64,000 bases of DNA from Styela clava (taxonomy: Eukaryota): positions 12,648,001-12,712,000 of the forward strand of contig NC_135255.1 of assembly GCF_964204865.1 (NCBI RefSeq), written 5' to 3'. Numbering within the stretch: the first letter of the stretch is position 1; every line of letters begins with the position of its first letter. Positions 1 to 10,731 of the stretch are shown here, piece by piece. The notes under the pieces are model-generated. The model saw only the letters and a program-made list of their open reading frames with translations. It was not told the DNA's origin and made no database searches. The position numbers and the translations under genes are program-made.

Positions 1-1318
1 TGCTGAATGCTGTCTTTTCACGGTCTGCAGGATCAACCTCCACTTGCCAATATCCGCTAGCGAGATCAAGAGTTGAGAACCATTGTGCTCCGTTTAAGGA
101 CTCAATGATATCCTCAATACGCGGCAAGGGATATGCGTCCTTGTATGTGACGTCATTAAGTAATCTAAAATCCACGCAAAATCTGGTAGAACCATCCTTT
201 TTGGGAACTAGGACAATGGGAGAAGAATATGGGGAATCGCTGGGTTCTATGACACCCTGAGCCAGCATATTATCAACAGCTTCTTCGGCCATCTTCCTAC
301 GCGCCCACCCCATTCGACGAGGAGCCTGCCGAATCGGCTGTGGTGTGGTTGTGATGATCCTATGCTTTGCTGCTGAAGTACGGCCTAGTTCACCATCTGG
401 CCCTACAAATACATCATGAAATTCACAAATCAAATTGACCAACTGTTCACGTTGACTCGGGGTTAGATCCTCAACGGAATTGACCATGTCATGTAGATGT
501 TCTGGTAATTCAGAAGCTATAACCCGATTATCGGATTCGTCAACTTGAATTTGTGCTACAAGTTGAGGATGTGCAATACCAAGCAAAGATCCAGCCCTGA
601 TCTTAAGTTGTCTGCCTTTTTGGTTCACCGCTAGAACAGGAACAGTGGACTTTCCTGGATCCACAACAGAAGAAATCAGCTGAATGCCATCAGCGAGGAA
701 AGAAGAATTCAGCGGTTCAACAAGAGCAGCAACGTCAGACAAATTACTTTTCGGCCAAGGACGACTAAGTTGTGCAGGGATAACAACCTTAGAATATGGC
801 GGTATAGTAATATCTTCTCGAACAGTTACACGACAACACGGTACAGACTTTTCAGTAAACAGTTTGATTTCATGACCCTCTATCATCATGTGTCCAGATG
901 ATAAGTAAAGAACGCAATCATGTTCTCGGAGATAGTCCATGCCCAAAATACCATTAGACATACCTAGGTTGGCAACAACAACAGTGCGTCGCGATGCAAA
1001 AGAATCAATAGACAAATCAACTTTCAATGTACCCAGTGGTGATAAATCATGTCCTCCCACTGCTACAAGAGATTCTTCGAGCGGTGCTAAATGTGCTTCT
1101 TTCCCACCTATAGCCTCAAAGATGGAAATGTCGATCAGAGTAGTCATAGCACCACTATCTACAAGAAAATTGAACGGTTGATTGTTTACAAGTACCTTCG
1201 CATGCCAACTATTGTCATATTGCAAGGAACAAATATTCAGGTCTATATTCTGGTTCGTTGGTCCGTCATCAAGTAATAATTCAGCGGACACTGAGGACCT
1301 CAAGCCCGCTGAGTGTCG
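1..1318 (-). CDS. pol: pol polyprotein (aspartic protease plus N-terminal part of reverse transcriptase), partial, in the -1 frame relative to gag
   Basis: Manual translation of the minus frame starting at 1318 gives ...NNQPFNFLVDSGAMTTLID... and ...SPYSSPIVLVPKKDGSTRFCVDFRLLNDVTYKDAYPLPRIEDIIESLNGAQWFSTLDLASGYWQVEVDPADREKTAFS. The protease and RT segments are in the same frame. It is missing from the ORF track, probably because it has no stop inside the window. Confidence 0.93.
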
Positions 1319-1327
1319 TTTAAATTT
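1281..1327 (-). promoter_or_regulatory. -1 programmed ribosomal frameshift signal (slippery site plus stimulatory stem-loop)
   Basis: Gag frame reads GCA AAT TTA AAC, then a 5-nt spacer GACAC, then the hairpin TCAGCGG...CCGCTGA (plus strand 1281-1312). The -1 frame leads into the protease. Confidence 0.88.
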
Positions 1328-2898
1328 GCGGTCGAAGAGGAAGCAGCTGTTGCAGGATCAGTGGGATTCTGAAGATGTGGACAATCCCGTTTAAGATGAC
1401 CAGTCTGCTTGCAATTAAAACATGCCTTGCAATCCCTGCCCCAGTGACCATGTTTACCACAACGAGGACACGGGTTGCGTGGTACACCATCAAAATTGCG
1501 ATTGTTGGCACGCGGTTTAACATATCCTATAATCTCATCCAGTTTCTGTACAAGTAACTTGATACTGTCTTCAAGAGAAAAGTCGCTTTGCTGATTAACT
1601 ACATTACCAGTATTGCTCTGTTTCACTGCTGCAATGCGCGGTTTAGACATGTTCTTTCCCTCGGAGTGGTTATTATCAACAGAGTAATACAGTGTCGCAA
1701 GAGACAAAGCCTTTTCGAAAGTATCAGGCTGTTGCATGGTAACATGCTTGATCATGCTTTCATCGGTTAGACCGGCAAGAAATTGCGATTTCAAAATATC
1801 ATCTTGACCAGTAATATCCAGATTTGGGTAGGCAAGAATAACAAGCTCTTTCAACTTATTACCGTAATCCCGTGGCGCTTCATTTGGCTTAATCCTACGA
1901 CAGTGAAATGTAGTACGGTAGGAGCTCTCATTTCCGGCAGGTTTAAAGAAATGATTGAAATGAGCCACAATATCACGATAGCTAGTACGTTTCATATCTG
2001 GTAAATCTTTCAACACATTTAGAGCTTGACCTGTCATGCAAGTAGCCAATTCTAATCCCGCAGTGTCGTCATCCCACTGATTATAACTGGTAACCAATTC
2101 AAAATGGCATAAATAACTGGGCCACGTCATGACAGTGGATCCATCGAAATACATTGGCTTTTTGGCATTTGTTGCCATCATCGTAGCATTAGCTGTGCTA
2201 TTGAGAACACTACGACTAACATTGGCATTTGAGACACTACTAGCGCTCACTGGAGGAGCTGATTGTGTAGCCACTGTAACCATTTTCGGCCTAGTACTAA
2301 GTTGCCTTCTGACATTTGTGCCCTCATTACCATTATCATTCAAAAAAGGAATTGTAGGTGCAAGGTTACTCACATGACCATTCTCCAAAAATTTCACTTC
2401 TAATGTCTGCGAGAACGCGTTCCGCTTCCCTTCTGGCTGTCCATCTTCTGATCCAAAATCAGAAATTTCATCATGCTTGAGAACAGGTGCTGCTTTTGGA
2501 ACAACTGTTGCTGGTGTTGAAGTGATCAGGCTGACATTGGGGTCATGTGACATGGGCTGGGTTTCCTCAGGATCAGCAATTTTTCCTTTATTAACCACGC
2601 CAGAAATATCTTGCAGAATGCTGTACATCTGCTCAAACGACGAGCCCATTTTTGTATTTTGGAATTCAACTGATTCTAGTTGACTTCCAATCTGTTGTAC
2701 ACAACCGTCCATCTGTTGCATGCGACTGTCTATCAGTTGCAAACGACTGTCAGTCTCCTCTTGCTTTTCCAACATTTCCTCTTGTTTTTCTTCTGATTCC
2801 TTCAGTTTTGCCTTTAGTATCTGTATTTGCAGATGCAAAAGTTCATTCTCCTCTTTGGCTTCCTTTGGTGCCGGTACAATCCTTCTTCTCTTAACCAT
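1300..2898 (-). CDS. gag: Gag protein, 532 aa (N-terminal coiled coil, capsid-like region, two zinc knuckles)
   Basis: ORF track. Motifs CPRCGKHGHWGRDC and CFNCKQTGHLKRDC; capsid-like FDGST..W..Y..HFE and QFLAGL segments. Confidence 0.93.
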   Translation of the reverse strand: MVKRRRIVPAPKEAKEENELLHLQIQILKAKLKESEEKQEEMLEKQEETDSRLQLIDSRMQQMDGCVQQIGSQLESVEFQNTKMGSSFEQMYSILQDISGVVNKGKIADPEETQPMSHDPNVSLITSTPATVVPKAAPVLKHDEISDFGSEDGQPEGKRNAFSQTLEVKFLENGHVSNLAPTIPFLNDNGNEGTNVRRQLSTRPKMVTVATQSAPPVSASSVSNANVSRSVLNSTANATMMATNAKKPMYFDGSTVMTWPSYLCHFELVTSYNQWDDDTAGLELATCMTGQALNVLKDLPDMKRTSYRDIVAHFNHFFKPAGNESSYRTTFHCRRIKPNEAPRDYGNKLKELVILAYPNLDITGQDDILKSQFLAGLTDESMIKHVTMQQPDTFEKALSLATLYYSVDNNHSEGKNMSKPRIAAVKQSNTGNVVNQQSDFSLEDSIKLLVQKLDEIIGYVKPRANNRNFDGVPRNPCPRCGKHGHWGRDCKACFNCKQTGHLKRDCPHLQNPTDPATAASSSTANLNDTQRA

Positions 2899-3035
2899 TT
2901 TTCCAAGATATCAGGCAACCGCAAATAAAAAAAAATTCGGCAACCTCAAATGTCCAATATTGTCCAAATATTATCCGTCACAGACTAGCCTACTTAATCG
3001 GCTTAGTCTTAATAGTCCCTGTGTCAAATAATATA

Positions 3036-3054
3036 TCCTGGCGTGTGCTCGCCA
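3036..3054 (-). promoter_or_regulatory. Primer binding site, probably tRNA-Arg(ACG)
   Basis: Minus strand TGGCGAGCACACGCCAGGA resembles the complement of the tRNA-Arg(ACG) 3' end (TGGCGAGCCAGCCAGGA). It lies between the putative LTR and gag. Confidence 0.65.
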
Positions 3055-3066
3055 AAAATTCGTATA

Positions 3067-3803
3067 TGTGGCGTACCAAAATTGATATCACCACTCAGGT
3101 TCTTTCTGCCAGCTTATCGGACACTGAAGTTGCAATAGATGTCGTTCACAAAATAATCTTCTTGCGGTTCCAATTACAGCAGAGTAACTAAGTTAACTAA
3201 CTAGATTAATTATACACCTGTAAGAACTTAATACAACCAAATACTCCAATAAGAAATACAATAAACAAATAAAAACACAGTACAAATACCGTAGGTTACA
3301 TACGTAACACAAGATACGGAATTGGTCTATGACGTCACAGTCATGAACTATTTACTTATAATGGGATACTAAAAACCGGGTAAAACATACCTAGATATAC
3401 ATAAGAATAACTAGTATGACACTAAAGATACAACACAAATCCTATCTTATCGACAAACACGTAATATACATGGAAATACGCATAGAAATCACACAGGAAA
3501 TAAACTGCGAAAATAGACTAGTTACGGAAGTGTTAAATACAAGCTAACTAGTGAACAGAGCTATGCCAAACTGGAGAAATAGTAAACCTGTACTACTAAT
3601 ATCATTTTACAACAATAATTACACAAATTAACGGCAATAAAACACTATAACAATAACCTAATACCCAGAGAAATATCTACACTGCCGGCAGTCTGACAAA
3701 CCAGCTGAAAGAGAAAGTTACACAGCTGTTCACTAGTGACTCAAGTGGTAAGAATAAATATGGGCATACAGAATAAAACAGAGTTATAGACGTGGTCGTC
3801 TCA
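3067..3803 (-). repeat. Putative 5' LTR (~740 bp)
   Basis: Minus strand begins TGAGACG and ends CGCCACA (TG...CA with an imperfect inverted end), 12 bp from the PBS. Strong strand-composition skew; CRE palindrome TGACGTCA at 3330-3337. The partner LTR is not in the window, so the ends are unconfirmed. Confidence 0.5.
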
Positions 3804-4289
3804 ATAGTAAATCATAATGCATCCACCTCCAATACCAACACTGTAATATATACTCTATTGGAATAATCATAAATTGAAACAATTGAATAATTGAAGCATG
3901 TCACGCTCTCCTAACTTTCTTTTTCATCAATAACTTGAATGTGAAAATGTTACTGGCTATTCAAACCACGACAAGTAGCTAGAAAAACGTGCACTGTACC
4001 TTTGAAATGATATCACCCCGAAAACGAACATATAGGCGCAGTGACAGCATCGACAAGGAACCTCCTTCAGCATGAATATATTTTCACGACGTGCTCAAAA
4101 TCGAGTTGTTACATACTGTAACAGCGGACTCGAATTCCGTATGCGAGACCTCGTCGTTTGTGAGTTTACTCTAAACAAAGTGGTTGACAAGTCAGTATAT
4201 ATTCACTGTTCACTTCTCACATCTACTAACTATTATAAAGTCACAAAAATTTCCCAGTTGAATATTAGTATGTTTGACATATTTTTCAC

Positions 4290-4555
4290 CGCAGTTGACG
4301 CCGGAATCGAGTCGGCAGTCGAGTGAAAATTTCAGACTTTTAATGGTTATAATCAAAGTATAAATTTTCTGCAAAAACTAGAGATAAAATAACTAGACCA
4401 AGCGATCCTAAATGTCTATTAGAAAGACGTTTTATTAACAAGAGTTCAAAGCTAGAGTCAAAGTTAGAATTTCCATCGGTCTGGAGTAGACAAATTTTTC
4501 CAAATCGGAATTGGGAGTCGGAGTCGATTGTATATTTGCGGACTCCACAGTCTTG
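4290..4555. repeat. Degenerate GGAGTC-subrepeat MITE-like remnant
   Basis: Recurrent GAGTCG/GGAGTCGGAGTCG motifs ending in CGGACTCCACAGTCTTG; no TSD recognised. Confidence 0.35.
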
Positions 4556-6003
4556 CAAGCAGCAATCAATGAATATATATTTCAAACGAGTCATTCTGTT
4601 TTCTTTTTTTCTCTAAATAATTTCGATTTTAATATGAGCGCATATTGACGTTTCCAAGTCGTTGGCAATATCCCAACAGAATTGTTACTGTTTTTCCAAG
4701 ATTTTTCCCATATATAGCTTGTGATTTTAGCATAAAAATGAAAAATACAAAACCCAAAATATTAGATTTCATTACTGAAATATCTAGAACTAGTATAACG
4801 TTGAAGGTTGTAATGCCGCAGCGTGAATTACTCTGAAGGAAACCACTTTCTCACAATTATTCGTTTTAAAATGTTTGAAGCGACCCGAGCAAGTTTCTTC
4901 TTCACCTTATATAAACCATAATAAGTTACAACATAGTCAACTTCTTTGTTCCTGAACTTACAAATGAAGGCGATACTTTATCTTCAAAAAAGGTCGAAAA
5001 AAATGACTTTTAATATAGTATACAAAATATTGAACATATTGCAATGTCAATGAGACAAAATTATTCAACTAAAATAATATTTTTATGCACATTTTAAAAT
5101 AATACAAATACAGTAATAACTTATTCAATATCTCCGATAACAGATCATTTTAAAATATTAGTGTTGCTTGGACTATTTTGTTGTCTATAGAATTCAATAA
5201 AAAGAACAACAAGGGGTGCGTGTTAAATGAGATCCCTTCATTCACAAACTCCGCAGTATTTGCAAACATGTAAACAAACAAACAGCACATGCTTGTTGGA
5301 ATGGCCCCGATAATAAAACAATGTCATTCGTTCTTGCCACATAAGTGACAAGTTGAGTCAACACATTCCCGAAGTCGACATGTTGTATTACCGACACGAA
5401 GCCTTTCAGGACAAAGATTCAGTTCATCCCAAACCGAATATATGAAACAACATAAATGTATCCTTAGACGCTCAGTGCTGCGCGGAATTATGTTATTGAG
5501 GGTTAGAAGTATAGCGCTCTACAAAATTTGTTCATAGGATTTATGAAGAATAGTTAGTTGATTATTTGTCTTAAATGATAAATTGTGTTGTGAAGATAAA
5601 ACGTCATTCTTTGTAAAAATACGACGGGGTGTAATTGGTCCGTAATTCATTCAAATCCAGAACTCTTGCTCATAAATGATTTTGGATTCGAAATAAATAA
5701 AATAAGTTCTAATTCCATGTTCAATGTCGATTATTGTGAAGTAAGAACTAAAACTTGGATTTTTCCGGAAGAAAAATACAGTGCACAACATGGCAAAACA
5801 AATTAGATTCACTATCATGATTCTGGTATGGAATTAAATAGAGTTGATAGAATACAAAAACACTACAAGATAAGTCAGTTTAGAATTATGCAAAATGTTA
5901 CATATATAACCCGTCCGTGCTATTTTTACGTTACACTTTAATTTTAAAATATAGGAAATATTTGGCTTACGTTTAATTCTAAGTGCAGAAGAAGCAACCA
6001 AAT

Positions 6004-9000
6004 ATGGAATCTACAAAAAAGTACTTTCAAGCCATTGACTTTGTTATATTTGGTGGTAAGTAATGTAATATTTTTTTATTTGCTGGTTTGTACTACGATA
6101 ATTCACGAACAAATTTATTGAGCAATAATATATGCAACCTAAGCAAATACTACAAATATTTCAGGAAAATATGGGTAATAAAAAGGTTCTTAATGCTGTA
6201 CCCTCAGAAAGACCATTCAGACATAAAGATAAATACAACCATGCAACCGAAAACTTAAAAAAACGCGAGAATTTATTTTTGCAAGAATTCAAGTCTAACT
6301 ACGACACGATCAACTGGCATGTATCTAAATCTTATTCAATACTTCACAGTAAACATCATTTTTAGTGTACTAATGTTTGTGAAAATACATTTCATAACAG
6401 AAGACCTGAATAGATTTCAAGCCAAGAAAAAATTTGATTGTACTATTCTTGTTTTAGCAATGCTTCTATTTTCATCGGCAATTGGAGTATTTTTTGCATA
6501 TCGTGATAGGAGAACTCAGTCGACCGATAATTATTACTTTGCAAGTAAAAGTATTTCTCCGGTAAGAAACATCAGAAATAATTAGTGATTGGATAGCTCA
6601 TCATATATTGTGAAGTTACTTTATTCGTTATTTATTCCACATTTATTTTTTACTGTGTTTTCATCATAGTTGCAAATATTTCAAAAACATGTAGTCATAT
6701 TATGACGGCTCCAAACTAATTAATATTTTTTCATTTTATTTCACTTATTGACTATTTTTTATATTTTCTTTTTTACAGATTTTGATTTCCATGTCATTGT
6801 CGGTTTCGTTTATTTCTGCTATCACAGTAATTGGTCTTCCAGTTGAAATTTATTTGTTTGGAACAGTATATGTTTGGGTGAATGCTGCACATATCATAGG
6901 AATACTTGTTGGGTCTATTTATTACATTCCACTTTTGCACAGGCTTCAACTAAAAAGCGTATATGAGGTGAAATATTAATTTTATTGTTAACTTTTTTAG
7001 ACAGCTAACGCTGATTACTGCGAATATTGAATTTTCCAACTAATTGTTTGATGTTTACAAAAGATGTGTGTCCACTATAGTTATATTATTCAAAACTTTC
7101 TTTTCAAAATCACTTCTCTTTTTAATATAAATGATCGCGCAAAATACTCAACTTCATTTGTATGTGTAATCACCATGGTTACTTGCTCTTAATACTCTTT
7201 TGTATTTCAGTATTTTAATCTTCGCTTCCACCCCAGAATAAGAACGTTGACATCATTTATGGCAATATGGAACCTGGTGAGAATTTTTGCAATACAGGAT
7301 TATGCATTGTGTATATGAACGTTTATTGAGTAAACTTCTTAGGTATTGTTTATTACTTGTGATTTTTATATTTCAGATTCTCTACATGGGCGTAACAATA
7401 TACCTGCCAGCACTGGCATTGAGTGCTGTCACACCCCTTCAATTGAATTGGAGTATAGCATTAACAAGTATTGTTTGTACATTCTACACCAGTATTGTAA
7501 GTTTATTTTGATTCCATAAAATAAGTAATAAATTTTATGAATATGATTAAGGTCCCTAAAACTCCATAGTGTATTAGTTAGTGCCTGAGTTATTCAAATG
7601 AAAACCTGAAATACCATATAAAAGGTTGATGGACTAATAAAAGAAAGCCGGAACGATGTAAGCTCTTTCTTATTCTGGCGTATGCAATATGCAATTTAGG
7701 CCGCCACCCAAACAAACTCAGGGAAAATACATGATACAAAATATAATTGATAAGTACAGATACTGTCCTATTTCTTAATATTGTGCTCTTATTGCACTTC
7801 GTTGAAAATTACTTTTTCAAGGGTGGGATGAAAGCGGTCATATGGACTGATTTTTTGCAAGCCATGATTATGTTGGCAGGAATGCTTGCAGTGTTTATCC
7901 AAACAACTATAGTCCTGGGTGGATTTGGTCCTGTGGTCGAAGCAGTTGAACGTGGACAGCGGAATAATATTTTCAAGTAGGTACTAATTGAACATCACGA
8001 GTTATGGCAATGGAGATGTAATCATATTCATACTACAATTAGTATTTTCAAAATTTCAGGATCTTTTTTATTTAAATAAAGAAGACGAGTTTGTTACCTA
8101 TCATCAGAAACGTGAACTAACTGTATATACACTTATTCCCAATTACTTAAACTGAAAAGTCGTGCATAGCTAACTTTGAAGAACAATTTATTTGAATCAG
8201 ATTCGATGGCGACCCTCGCATTCGAAGTACAGTATGGACATTGCTTTTAGGAGCGGGAATGAATAATTGTTTTAAAACTGGATGCAATCAAGTATTCACT
8301 CAAAGATATTTGTCATGCGGTTCAGTGAAAAAAGCAAGAATGTGAGTTGAATAATATTTGTTTCCAATCATTAATTATTTCCAACTTTATTTACTCTGTT
8401 AATATGTTGATTACACTATATATATATATAATATCAATAGTAAATTATATAATATCAATAGTAAGGTATCAATAGTAAATTATGATTTCAGTAATTAACA
8501 TTAACTTAACTTGTACGCTGACAATCTGATTTTAATATTTCTTTTTATTGACTTTTTTTAGAGCTCTATGGTTACAGCTATTTCCGGGACTCGTATTTTC
8601 TTTGTTAGCCGTGGGTAACGGTTTGCTGATGTATACATTTTATGAAGGATGTGATCCTTTGTCAGCAAATCTTATAAACAAACCCGATCAGACGATGCCG
8701 AAATTAGCGTTGGAAATATTTCAAAATACTCCTGGAATGGCTGGTCTGTTTGTTTCAGCAGCGTACAGCGGCACCTTGAGGTATAAATATTTATTTCTTG
8801 TACATCGCAACAAAGTGAAACGATATTGATGTCCAATGTTACGAAATACAGAATCGTGCTTCACAAAAATATTTTAAATTCCGCTTTATTTTTCACTGCA
8901 AATTTAAGATAAAATAATTTAATAAATTATTTATCAATAAATTTTACCAATATTTTTCAGTACAATATCTTCAGGCGTAAACGCTTTAGCTGCATTAGCA

Positions 9001-10731
9001 TTGATGGATTTTGTTCTTCCCTGCTTTCCAAAGATGTCGTCGGACAGGAAAGTTATCTTGAGCAAATCATTGAGTGAGAACATTTTTGATTTTATAGGTT
9101 TATATATTTTTCATTAAATATATAATCAAACCGAAGGTACACGAATCCAGTATAATATAAGAATAAATCATCGTCATAGGTAATTCTGACTCTCTTTTTT
9201 TCGTAAAAAATTTACGTGCTCAATTTCCCAACTAGCAAAAACGTTCTTGTCTATTTACAGCTATTTTCTTCGGTTTGCTGGTGATGACTCTTGCATATCT
9301 CGTCTCTCTGCTTTCCGCAAATATAATCCAGATTACGTCTTCTATAACTGGTTCATTAGGAGGTCCTTTGTTTGGTGTATTTACAATGGGACTTTTCATG
9401 CCTTGGATAAATCATTGGGTGAGTGGAACTTTGAAAAAAAACTAAAATTGATGATTTTAATAATGGTATAAAATTGACAAGTATCCAAACTTTTATTTTA
9501 CTTCTTTCTGTGGTTTCAGGGAGCTTTGGTCGGCTTAGTGGGTGGTTGGTTGTGCACGGGTTGGGTTGCAATATCAGCACTATTTTTGGCGAGCTTCCCA
9601 GACACGACGAGGAAACTTCCTTTGTCTACTGATAAATGCCCTGTGTTCAATTCAACCATACATTCTGTTACAACTGTGTCGGTGATGGAGGCTTCAGGAG
9701 AAGAATATACAACGTTTTCCTCAATGGTTTCATCTTCTGCACCAGAAAACGGGTATAATATATATTCATGTGTTTAACTCTATGCATTGATTGATATCAC
9801 ATAGGATCATCCACACCCAGTACATTGCGTATTTAATTTTTGCATAATATACAAAAGTATTTGCGATAACACTATACTTCTCCACGCTGATATTAATTTA
9901 TTTATCGCCTTCCCGTGACGAGTTTTATAAAAGATTTAAAATATTTGAAACCCTCAGTGTATCAAAGCGATTTTTCTAACAATATAAATCATATTTTTTC
10001 ATTCTTTAATGCCAAACAACGGAATGAAATCAAAACTCGTTGCACTTCGTACAATCAAAAATAATGCTTTTCCAGAGATAAATAGCAAACCGTATTTGAA
10101 TCCGTAATAATCTTGTGAAAACTACAGTCATGAGCGAGAGCTATGGAAAGCTATGAAACGAAATTGAAAGGAATGAAAATGCATATTTTGATGTAGTAGT
10201 TGTTGTTATAATCTGTACCGGAATGTATCGACTATGTAGTAAAGATCTCTCGCAAACTAGTTTTGTCAAATAAACATTTACAAACTAAACACAATAATCG
10301 AGTATTTTGTTTTCAGGCCTATTCTGCATTATACTCTGTATTCAATATCCCCATTTTATTACGGAATACTTGGATGTACCGTCTGCATCATACTAGGTCA
10401 TATATGCTCACTTATCACAGGTAAATATAAATTCAAATATTAGCAAGTTAACATTTTCGTTATACATTAGTAACAGGACTCATTAATAATAACTCCTAAA
10501 CATTCAGGCTTCAACAAACCGTCAAAAGCAGATCCGAGGCTTTTTGTTCCAATTTTACCCTTCAAAATATTCCGTTTCGGTGTTCCTGAACTTCCACCCG
10601 AAGACGACGCTTCGTCTCTGACACCAGAAGAAGAAAAATTCAGAAAGGCTTTGCTTTATGATAGAGAAGAAAATAATTGCTCCCCAACTGCACCTATATG
10701 GGAAGAAATAGAACAAAATGAGAAGACATAA
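6004..10731 (+). CDS. SLC5 sodium/solute symporter, SMCT(SLC5A8/12)/NIS/SMVT-like, gene A; 13 exons, ~625 aa
   Basis: Exons 6004-6055, 6458-6561, 6779-6967, 7211-7276, 7377-7496, 7822-7976, 8201-8341, 8562-8780, 8961-9073, 9261-9418, 9520-9752, 10317-10420, 10508-10731. All introns GT-AG; total 1878 nt, in frame. Motifs [58 protein letters not shown]. Confidence 0.93.

Larger units (their letters stand above)
1..3803 (-). mobile_element. Ty3/Gypsy LTR retrotransposon, 5' part (LTR-PBS-gag-pro-RT), runs off the left edge of the window
   Basis: Gag with two CCHC knuckles, aspartic protease motif FLVDSGA, and Gypsy-type RT motifs in the order PR-RT. A PBS-like sequence lies upstream of gag. The right boundary is tentative. 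Confidence 0.95.

Noticed and set aside
1295-1305. Stop-codon readthrough of the gag TGA
   Set aside because: The protease motif is in the -1 frame, not the gag frame.
684-3031. Plus-strand ORFs antisense to gag/pol
   Set aside because: Short shadow ORFs of the coding strand with no independent signal.
8420-8490. Short repeat of atatcaatagtaa in gene A intron 7
   Set aside because: Ordinary slippage repeat, absent from A'.
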